From NCBI GenBank assembly GCA_016432485.1, contig CP066691.1:77466-141465 (forward strand): a DNA stretch of 64,000 nt. The letters run 5' to 3'. The notes under the pieces were generated by a model. That model saw only the letters and a list, made by a program, of their open reading frames with translations, was not told where the DNA came from and made no database searches. This DNA is from Candidatus Niyogibacteria bacterium. Lineage in GTDB: Bacteria; Patescibacteriota; Minisyncoccia; HO2-45-28. Below are positions 46,702-54,916 of the stretch, in pieces. Every line of letters starts with the position of its first letter. The stretch's first letter is position 1. Made by a program: the position numbers and the translations under genes.

Positions 46702-46738
46702 TCTTGTGGATTGGATATGACAGAAAAAAGAAACGCGC

Positions 46739-47299
46739 CTAAGGCGCGTTTTTGAACTCTCTCCAGCGATCTGCCGTAAGTTCGTATCGTACAAAATCCA
46801 ACCATTGGCCCTTCCAAAAATACTCGTTTTTAAGAACGCCTACTTCACAATAGCCGAATTTTTCCGTGACATGGCGCATTCTTGCGTTATCAACACGGAA
46901 GTTCATATAAACCTTGTTCAATTTCAGATATTCAAAAACCCACTTATGCAGAATTTCCAACATTTCCTGAGCGTATCCTTTTCCGGTAAAATCTTTGTTT
47001 ATAATCATAATTCCCACACGGGCATTTCTGTTTATATCATCAATATCATGAATTCCAACCGTCCCGATTAAAACGTCTTTTTCGAGCGTTTCAGCGACAA
47101 ACACGAATTCTCGATACGGTCTTTTTGTCACGGCTTCTATCCACGCAGCTTCCCGCTCCAATGACGGCGCGCCGTCGGAAAAGAATACTAAATTGGATGC
47201 TATTCCAGGATTGTCCCCGAGAAGGGTTATAATAGGTAAAGCGTCTTTTATTTGAATCTGTCTTAACCTGATTCTTTTACCAGGAAGAAATTTGGCCAT
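46739..47299 (-). CDS. GNAT acetyltransferase (RimJ/RimL type)
   Basis: IG.VG, GKGYA.E, N..M....EKFG...G.L. Confidence 0.82.
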   Translation of the reverse strand: MAKFLPGKRIRLRQIQIKDALPIITLLGDNPGIASNLVFFSDGAPSLEREAAWIEAVTKRPYREFVFVAETLEKDVLIGTVGIHDIDDINRNARVGIMIINKDFTGKGYAQEMLEILHKWVFEYLKLNKVYMNFRVDNARMRHVTEKFGYCEVGVLKNEYFWKGQWLDFVRYELTADRWREFKNAP

Positions 47300-47370
47300 G
47301 TCGTTTTCTCTCCCGTGAATTTTACAAAACCATTATTTATATAGCATATCTATATTTAGACGTCAAATTC

Positions 47371-47401
47371 AAAAATCCCCCGCCAACTGCGGGGGATTTT
47401 T
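47371..47401. terminator. Bidirectional terminator
   Basis: AAAAATCCCCCGC-caact-GCGGGGGATTTTT. Confidence 0.7.
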
Positions 47402-47420
47402 GATTAAGAAAATTTTCCTA

Positions 47421-47460
47421 CTTGGCACGCCGAAGCGAATTTTAATTCGCGAAGGCAGGC
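47421..47460 (-). repeat. Hairpin+CAAG element directly after the SWIB stop codon
   Basis: + strand CTTG-GCAC-GCC-GAA-GCGAATT-tt-AATTCGC-GAA-GGC. Confidence 0.6.
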
Positions 47461-47718
47461 CTAACTCATATGTTTTGAGACGAGTTTGGTCATCTCAAAC
47501 ATGTTGACTTCTCCTTTGCCGTCAAATAGCGGCCGGAGTTTGTCGTCGGCTTTGATGTTTCTTTTATTCTGGGGATTTTGCAGGTCGTGCTTTTTTATGT
47601 ACTCCCAGATTTTCTTAACGACCTCTCCTCTTGACATTGGGCCTTTACCGACAACGGCCTCGAGTTCCGAGGAAAGATTTAACGGCTTTAGTAAAGCCGG
47701 ATTTGCTTTTCTTACCAT
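47461..47718 (-). CDS. Stand-alone SWIB/MDM2-domain protein
   Basis: LS.EL..VVG....R.EVVKKIWEYIK...LQ.P.NKR.I..D..L..LF.....MFEM.K....H. Confidence 0.88.
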   Translation of the reverse strand: MVRKANPALLKPLNLSSELEAVVGKGPMSRGEVVKKIWEYIKKHDLQNPQNKRNIKADDKLRPLFDGKGEVNMFEMTKLVSKHMS

Positions 47719-47777
47719 AGACTTTTGGATTAGATTAGTTATTAACATAATTCGACGCACTTACATTATAGCATATT

Positions 47778-47798
47778 GAGCTTTATTTTGTCCCGTTC
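47778..47798 (-). other. 3' strand of the pre-16S processing stem
   Basis: GAGCTTTATTTTGTCCCGTTC is complementary to 51147-51167 at 20 of 21 positions. Confidence 0.75.
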
Positions 47799-47799
47799 C

Positions 47800-47829
47800 C
47801 TTGTCCGCCATAGCTTTAGCGACGGCGGA
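47800..47829 (-). repeat. Hairpin+CAAG element in the 16S trailer (30 nt)
   Basis: Sense TCCGCCGTCGCTAAAGCTATGGCGGA-CAAG. Confidence 0.8.
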
Positions 47830-48143
47830 GCCCCGATTTAAGGCTCTATGGGCGATACCTTATCCGCCAATGAGGCGGAAACGACCTTGCTAACAGCTAA
47901 AAGCTATAAGCTAAAAGCTGTGTTAGCTAAGTAAATAATCCACGACCAGCTTCCGCTAGCCGTGCCTTGTTACGACTTAGTCCCTGTCACCGAGCTCACC
48001 TTAGCCGAGCACCACTTTTACAACTATTGTTCTTACAAAAGAACGAGTTATGCAGTGCTACTTGGCGCTTATATTACAAGCGCTTTTCGCAAAAGTGGTG
48101 CTCGGTTTCGGGTGTTCCCGGCTTCCTTGACTTGACGGGCGGT

Positions 48144-49123
48144 ATTATGGTCTAATATCTTTTCAAATATTTAGCCATGCACCACTGGGCAAGCAGTTTT
48201 CCTGCACCCTAGCGGTTTTCGTAGGTTCGGGCTTTTTTGCCTCGAGCCCTGATTTCTTCGCGTATTTTGATAATTTTCTTAAATCCTTTGTCCGTTAAAT
48301 GCTCTTTCTGTTTTACTTTCAAAACAATTGTTTTGAATCTTTTGTAGACCTCCGCCTTTTTTGCCTGTAAAGGACATTTATCAAGAAACGGAAAAAGAAA
48401 TTCTGTTAAATCCTTGTTGTTTGTAATTTTATATTTTACATGCGGATACCATCCATACCTTTCGTATGAAAGATCATAAATTCGTCCGCACCCAATTGTG
48501 ATTAAGATTCGTTCCAATATTTCTCTGTCATCGGCCCGAACTTCTATTTCAAACTCCGGCCTTATTTCAAGGCCGCGTTTAAGAGTTTTGTGTCTGCCAA
48601 TGCTTACTGAAAACGATCCCTCACCGTCAATAAAACCCGCAACATAGTTAGGATCAAGTTTTTTCCTACGAATTCGTTCCTTCCCAAACGGCGCTTTTAA
48701 TAAGCAGTTTTTGTGGTCGTCATTTTCAGACGACTTTCGTTTGGTACTACGAACTTTGCTGACTTCTTGCGTTGTTTTTGGACGATTGCTCGTTTTCATA
48801 CCTCGAGGTTATTATACCACGAGGACAACGCAAGATCTCCCACGGTAACCCATATATCTGTGTGTATCTATCTCGATGCCACTACACGCGTTATGCATTT
48901 TTTGCGGCGGGATTCTTCCTGTACTCGAGGAATCTCCCGCATAACGCGCCACAAACTGGCATTCAAGCTAAATACTGCTAATTTCACCCTTCGCCACGGC
49001 TCCTCGCGGAGACGGGCTGTGATTTTGCTTCGTTTCTACCGCAAAGAAACGGCTGGACTTCCGAGCGCATAAAACGTTATGTGCTTCGGTCACCAGCTAG
49101 ATACACGGATCGCATGGCGACCC
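48144..49123 (-). mobile_element. Group II-like intron at about S1397 (980 nt)
   Basis: Splits CTTGTACTC|ACCGCCCGTC; D5-like hairpin with CGC triad (48181-48216); D6 with bulged A at 48151; 3' end AT. Confidence 0.75.
48209..48799 (-). CDS. Intron-encoded single-motif LAGLIDADG homing endonuclease
   Basis: YVAGFIDGEGSF, L..I...GCG.I, PF....PL..KK. Confidence 0.9.
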   Translation of the reverse strand: MKTSNRPKTTQEVSKVRSTKRKSSENDDHKNCLLKAPFGKERIRRKKLDPNYVAGFIDGEGSFSVSIGRHKTLKRGLEIRPEFEIEVRADDREILERILITIGCGRIYDLSYERYGWYPHVKYKITNNKDLTEFLFPFLDKCPLQAKKAEVYKRFKTIVLKVKQKEHLTDKGFKKIIKIREEIRARGKKARTYENR

Positions 49124-49630
49124 GAGTACAAGACTCGAGAACGTATTCACCGCGGCGTTCTGATCCGCGATTACTAGCGATTCCGGCTTCACGAGGTCAG
49201 GTTGCAGACCTCGATCCGAATTGGGGCCGGCTTTGATGGGATTAGCTCCGCCTTACGGCTTGGCGACCCTTTGAACCGGCCATTGTAGCACGTGTGTAGC
49301 CCAGGGCATCAGAGGGCCATGCTGACTTGGCGTCATCCCCACCTTCCTCCCCGCCCTCTAAGCTCTACTTTAAATCCTCTTTACAAACTTATTGTGTTGA
49401 AGATTTACAACGACCGACGCGGTCATTGTTAAAGCATAGAGGGCGGGGCAGTTTCGCCTGACATATATAACAGGCAATGGGGGTTGCGCTCGTTACCCCA
49501 CTGAAGGGAACAACTCAAGCCACGAGCTGACGACAGCCATGCAGCGCCTGTCCAGCCGTCCTTGTGAGAAAACCTGCCTTTCGGCAAATTGTCGTCTGGA
49601 TTTCAAGCCCTGGTGAGGTTCTTCGCTTAC

Positions 49631-49665
<35 letters not shown>

Positions 49666-49676
49666 AGTCCCCGTCT

Positions 49677-49718
<42 letters not shown>

Positions 49719-49809
49719 GAGGCTTAACGCGTTAGCTTCGACACTCAAAGGGTCGATACTTCGAATATCTAGCCTCCATCGTTTAGGGCGCGGAGTACAA
49801 GGGTATCTA

Positions 49810-50197
49810 CATCATTGTTACTTAAACCGAACTTATTAATCATCGGTTAAGGAGCGAACATTTCTGCCGCTCTCTCCGTGTTACCACGAAGATCGGACTA
49901 TATCATCCCGCCAACATCTATAAAGTTGTGGCGGGCTCGGCGTATAGTCTCTACGGGGTTACTGGAAACTTATACTTGTATTTAGGCAATATATATTTTT
50001 TAACTGCAAACCACAATTTTTTAATTATCGTATATTTGCCATAAACACACGTATAAGTTTCCAGAACTTCCCTCGGTATTTTCCGTTTTTTAAAAACGGA
50101 TTTCTACCGATATAGCCGAGTTTGCATTCCATTGTCGCCAATGGAAGGGACTAGCAGCCAACTTTAATTATATCAATAAAGTTGGATACCCATGCCA
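49810..50197 (-). mobile_element. Group I intron at S788 (388 nt, no ORF)
   Basis: Exon GGAT|TAGATACCC; intron ends in G; R (GTAGAGACTA) and S (GATATAGTCC) elements; P1 with a U:G pair. Confidence 0.88.
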
Positions 50198-50855
50198 ATC
50201 CTTTTCCATACCCGCGCTTTCGTGTTTCAGAGTCAGGAACGCGCCAGTAGACTGCCTTCGCCTTTGGTGTTCCCCTGGATATCAATGGATTTCACTCCTA
50301 CACCCAGAGTTCCGTCTACCTCTCGCGTCCTCCGAGTTCAATGGTATCCCCTGCATTTTCGCCGTTGGGCGGCGATATTTAACAAAAGACTCATTAAACC
50401 TCCTACACACCCTTTACGCCCAGTAAATCCGGATAACGCTTGGGCTCCTCGTATTACCGCGGCTGCTGGCACGAGGTTAGCAAGCCCTTATTCATGGGAT
50501 ACTGTCACTTGCGTTCATCTCCCATAAAAGCAGTTTACGTCCCGAAGGATTTCTTCCTGCACGCGGCGTCGCTCGATCAGGCTTTCGCCCATTGTCGAAT
50601 ATTCTCGACTGCTGCCACCCGTAGGTGTATGGCCCGTGTCGCAGTGCCATTGGTGGGGGGCGAGCTCTCACTCCCCCTAGCCGTCATAGCCTTGGTAGGC
50701 TTTTACCCTGCCAACAAGCTGATAGCCCGCAGACCTTTCCCAGAGCGTCTTACGACTTTACCCTCACGGGAACTATCGGGAATTAGCCCCGCTTTCGCGG
50801 GGTTATGCCCGTCTCTGGGGTAAGTATCTACGTATTACTACCCCGTCTGCCACTC

Positions 50856-51019
50856 GCCAACGCTTCGCGTTGGAAGCACGAAATCCTAAATCCGAAATAC
50901 GAAACAAACTCAAAATTACAATACTCAAATTCCAAATGTTTTTAGTTTAGAATTTCGAGTTTGGATATTGTTTCGGATTTCGATATTCGAATTTCGAATT
51001 TCCAGTGCGAAGCACTGGC
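50856..51019. repeat. Heptamer-based inverted-repeat expansion in 16S helix 6
   Basis: AAATCCT/AAATCCG/AAATACG units facing TTTCGGA/TTTCGA units. Confidence 0.75.
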
Positions 51020-51042
51020 TCGTACGACTTGCATGCCTTATC

Positions 51043-51082
<40 letters not shown>

Positions 51083-51146
51083 TAATGAAACCCAAAATTT
51101 TCATCGTTTCGCATTTTGCGAAACTCGAAAATTTTGGGTAATTTTT

Positions 51147-51167
51147 GAACGGGACAAAATAAAACTC
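51147..51167 (-). other. 5' strand of the pre-16S processing stem
   Basis: GAACGGGACAAAATAAAACTC pairs with 47778-47798. Confidence 0.75.
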
Positions 51168-51414
51168 ACATGTTTTCCATACGAAATAAAAAACTTTAGT
51201 TTTTATAAATTTCGTATGGGATGCGTATAATGTGTATTAAATTTTCAAGGTTCTTGGGGGTTTCTATGAAAAGAAACCCGCGGCTGCCTTCTTTTTCCAA
51301 AGACAGCCGCGGACTTCTTTTTAACTTTTCAATTTATTTCGTTTATCTACTTACGGGCCACATATTTCAATCTATTAACTAATAGTAATTTTCTATTAAG
51401 TCGATAATGATTCC

Positions 51415-51442
51415 ATTATATCCATCCTTTAAACGCTGTCAA
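51415..51442 (-). promoter_or_regulatory. rRNA promoter
   Basis: Perfect TTGACA-N16-TATAAT on minus strand, overlapping the upstream gene's stop codon. Confidence 0.85.
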
Positions 51443-52061
51443 GTCCTCTATTCACAGGGTTGTTTGGGACTTTAAACACTATAAATTTGTATCCCAAAAA
51501 GTTCCAAATTAGACTGGCTCCAACGCCCGCGGCGGCCCCGACATTAGCCCATAGAGTTGGCGTCAGTCCCAATTGCGCGGGAATAAAATTTACCACCAAA
51601 GAAGCAATGCCAACATTTACGATAATACCAATAACGCTGACCAAAAGAAACTGGGCGTATTCTTTTCCGGCGGCCCTTTCTCCGCCTTCGGCAAAGAAAA
51701 CCCAAAAGCGGTTCCAGACATAGCTATTTATATTGGCAACGATAAAACTCACGGTTTTAAAGAGCGAGAAATAAAGGCCGGACGGGATGCCCGTTATAAA
51801 AATTAAAAAGTTCAAAACGCCGAAATCAATGGCGGTATTTAGAAATCCGACTTCCGCAAATTTCGTCAACTGCCAAAGCCATAAAAAACGCCGTCTTAAA
51901 AAATGAACCAGCCATACTCCTAAAACAAAAATAGCCGGCCAAATAACAATGAATAAAAATTCCCCGTAGGGAATTTTTATTCCCAGATTGCGTACGGTGG
52001 GAATAAGAAGTGCTCCCGTAATCAATCCTGCGATAATCGCGAAAAAATAATCTTTTTTCAT
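51429..52061 (-). CDS. GtrA-family membrane protein
   Basis: KF..VG.LNT.ID, NSY.WNRFW.F, WNF.GYKFIVF. Confidence 0.82.
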   Translation of the reverse strand: MKKDYFFAIIAGLITGALLIPTVRNLGIKIPYGEFLFIVIWPAIFVLGVWLVHFLRRRFLWLWQLTKFAEVGFLNTAIDFGVLNFLIFITGIPSGLYFSLFKTVSFIVANINSYVWNRFWVFFAEGGERAAGKEYAQFLLVSVIGIIVNVGIASLVVNFIPAQLGLTPTLWANVGAAAGVGASLIWNFLGYKFIVFKVPNNPVNRGLDSV

Positions 52062-52062
52062 T

Positions 52063-54480
52063 TTAAAATTGAGGATAGCGTTTTTTAATTTCGGCTTCAA
52101 TTTCGGCAATGGGACGGCCGTATTTATTGGCGGATAATTTTTTGAGTAATACAGCGCTTGTTTCATTGCCCGTCTCCCTGGGCATAATTTTTATGTTAAA
52201 GGGTTTAATGGTCTGTCCGCGCACCAAAAGTTTGAGATAGCAGTTGAAGTTTTCAATGTTCATTAAATCTCTGGCTCCAAAAACCGGTTCAAATTGCTTC
52301 TCCATAAATTCCGCGTCATCCGCTCCGATTCTGAAAGAAGCGATTGAGCCGACGTTCCCGAAAACGGAAAGCCGTATGGGCTCGGTCAGCTGTCCTATAA
52401 ATTGGTGCGCCATCGTGAGGTCTAGGCGGTATTTTCTGGCTTCTGAAAGAATGGTGGCTATTGAAGGGGTTGTCACGTTTTGAAACTCGTCAAGATAGAG
52501 ATAAAAATCCCGTCTTTTCTCCTCCGGTATATTAACGCGGGAAAAGGCAGCCATCATAATTTTTCCGACTATTATCAATCCCAATAGCGACGAATTTGTC
52601 TCTCCTATTCTTCCTTTTGATAAATTAACGATTAAAATTTTTCCGCTGTCCATAATTTCTCGGAATTTCAGCGACGACTTTTCCTGCAAAAGAACGGGCC
52701 TCATAAATTCATTGCTTAAAAAGGCGTCAAACTTGGAGGTGATATAAGGCGTCATATTTGCAAGCGCCGCTTCTCCTCCGGCTTTTTCGGCTACATCGCG
52801 CCAGAAAGCGTTGATCACCGGATTTCTGGAACGGGAGAGTTTTAATCTGCGAAATTCCGGATCGGACATAACCCGTTCTATTTCAAAAAGCGTATTGCCG
52901 GAAGGCGGGTCTTCCATTACTAAGAGCGTTGAATTTCTAAAATAAGTTTCAAACATCGGGCCCAGCGCCTCCGGAACGTCCGCGTAAAGTTTGCGGAATA
53001 TCTCCAAAAGCTCGTTGACTATGAAAGTTTTTTGTTCGGGATAGGCCGGGTCATATTCCAAAAAATTAAGGCCCATAGGTCTGGATGTGTTTGCGGGGTC
53101 AAAATATACGACATCTCCTAAGCGATTTTCCGGAATATAACCAAGCGCTGTTTCGGCCATATCGCCATGCGGGTCAATAACGCATAAGCCCTCTCCGGAT
53201 TCAATATCTTGTTTTATCATATTTTGCAGGAAAGTCGTTTTGCCGGTGCCGGTCTGTCCTATTATATATAGGTGTCTGCGCCTGTCGTCTTTAGACAGTC
53301 TGATTGGCGCGCTTTCGCCTCGGTAAATATTTTCTCCCAAAAGAATTCCTTCCGTAGGCAGTCCGGGCGGCGCGGGCGCGTCTTTAGCTTTGAGAAATTT
53401 CAGTTTCGGAGCAGTCGTAATAACGGACGGAAAATGATATACGCTTGTCAGTTCTCGGCTGTTTAGCGCCATAGTTTTCGCCGCGTCCGGCGTCCTAAAA
53501 GAGAAACGATATATAAAATTATTTAAATCCCTTGGTTTAATTTTTTTGAAAACAAAACTGTTTCCCCTTGTCTCGGCAAATTGAATAAAGGCGCTGGCCA
53601 ATTCCTGAAGAATTCTTTCGGCTTCCTCCGGTTCTGAAGCCGAAGTTACAAGGCGTATGTTGACGCTAAATACCGGGAAAGCGGCTTTTTCTTCAAGAAG
53701 TTTGGCGGTTTCTTCGTCAACTACGGCCGGGCCGTCTTTTTTGGGCCCTTCTCCCCTGCCCGTTAATAAAAATTTGATGGTCTCTTTCGTTTTGTTTAAT
53801 CCTTCGCCGGTTTGGATTTTTTTACCTTCGCGAACGGACTTAATGGCGCCCTTCAGCTTTTTGATAAAATTTTTGGGTCCGCGGCTGACTATTATTTGAA
53901 GCGCGGCTCCCTCGCCTTCTTTTTTAAGTTTGGCAAAAGCGTTGGCAATAACTTCAAGAGGGTCGGCGTCAAGCCGCTGATAGGTTCGTATGGATAAAAG
54001 CGGAGAAACGGCTAAAGAAAAATAACCTCCGGCGCTCGCGCCCTCGGCATTAAAAATATTATAATCCTCTTTTTTTTCCTCAATTTTGGCGTAGGGGTAT
54101 AAACCCTGCAGATGTTTTTCAAAAAGCCGCGCCTTTTTCCTTGGAACCGCCGCATAAAAAACGGCTTCTTCTCCGGCTGAAGGCAGGGCCAGCTCCAGAG
54201 CAAAACCGGAACGGCCGAACCATCGGTCTTCAAAAATAGCGGCCAGTCCCGCGTAAAATTGCTCCATAGTTGAAATCAGGTCCTTGAAAGAAAGATTTTC
54301 TTTTGGGGGTTGGCCGCCAAAAGGCAGAGTCACTTCATAGAGAGCGAATTCAAGAGAAGATAAAATCTCGCGCCGCTTTTTAATCCTTCTTATAAAAAAA
54401 AATAAAGCGCCGCCCAGGATTAAAAACAAAGCCGCGCCGATATATATAAAGAAAAGCTGTTGGAAAGTGAGAAGAATCAT
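52063..54480 (-). CDS. VirD4/TraD-HerA-like coupling ATPase with N-terminal TM helix
   Basis: DRRRH.YIIGQTGTGKT, IDPHGD, YLDEFQN, SEARKY, AHQ, GNVG. Confidence 0.85.
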   Translation of the reverse strand: MILLTFQQLFFIYIGAALFLILGGALFFFIRRIKKRREILSSLEFALYEVTLPFGGQPPKENLSFKDLISTMEQFYAGLAAIFEDRWFGRSGFALELALPSAGEEAVFYAAVPRKKARLFEKHLQGLYPYAKIEEKKEDYNIFNAEGASAGGYFSLAVSPLLSIRTYQRLDADPLEVIANAFAKLKKEGEGAALQIIVSRGPKNFIKKLKGAIKSVREGKKIQTGEGLNKTKETIKFLLTGRGEGPKKDGPAVVDEETAKLLEEKAAFPVFSVNIRLVTSASEPEEAERILQELASAFIQFAETRGNSFVFKKIKPRDLNNFIYRFSFRTPDAAKTMALNSRELTSVYHFPSVITTAPKLKFLKAKDAPAPPGLPTEGILLGENIYRGESAPIRLSKDDRRRHLYIIGQTGTGKTTFLQNMIKQDIESGEGLCVIDPHGDMAETALGYIPENRLGDVVYFDPANTSRPMGLNFLEYDPAYPEQKTFIVNELLEIFRKLYADVPEALGPMFETYFRNSTLLVMEDPPSGNTLFEIERVMSDPEFRRLKLSRSRNPVINAFWRDVAEKAGGEAALANMTPYITSKFDAFLSNEFMRPVLLQEKSSLKFREIMDSGKILIVNLSKGRIGETNSSLLGLIIVGKIMMAAFSRVNIPEEKRRDFYLYLDEFQNVTTPSIATILSEARKYRLDLTMAHQFIGQLTEPIRLSVFGNVGSIASFRIGADDAEFMEKQFEPVFGARDLMNIENFNCYLKLLVRGQTIKPFNIKIMPRETGNETSAVLLKKLSANKYGRPIAEIEAEIKKRYPQF

Positions 54481-54851
54481 TTTTTTCTTGCGGCGAGTTC
54501 AAGCGCCAGCCGGTCGTGAAAATCATCCAGAAGATGCGGATTTTTCAGATGTCTGGCCACTTCAACCGCGTAAATTATTCCGTTTTTTTGGGCAATATTT
54601 AAAAGTTCGCCGATTTGTTTGGCGTGCGGTTCGTTTTGAAGAATTTGAGCCGCTTTTTTGGTTTCATCGCTTGAGGCGTCTGCGGAAGTGGTCGGAGTTT
54701 GAGCGGTGTATTCTTTAATCACTTCTTTGGCCGTTTCTTCTTCTTTAAACTCCGTGCCGGATTCGGTCAGTTCTTTTTTCTTTTCGGCCAGTGCCCCTTC
54801 TAATTTTCTTATTTCTTCTTGAATTATATTCGGAGATTCTATTTCAGTCAT
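54477..54851 (-). CDS. Hypothetical protein
   Basis: Coiled/helical ORF with C-terminal PHLLDDFHD; overlaps the start of the ATPase gene. Confidence 0.6.
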   Translation of the reverse strand: MTEIESPNIIQEEIRKLEGALAEKKKELTESGTEFKEEETAKEVIKEYTAQTPTTSADASSDETKKAAQILQNEPHAKQIGELLNIAQKNGIIYAVEVARHLKNPHLLDDFHDRLALELAARKK

Positions 54852-54916
54852 TGATTTTATAATATTCCATATTGCCAATTATAACAAAATAACAAGATTT
54901 GGGATATGATATAAAT

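Noticed and set aside
52063-54480. Integrative conjugative element
   Set aside because: No integrase, relaxase, VirB4 or att repeats seen; flanks are core genes.
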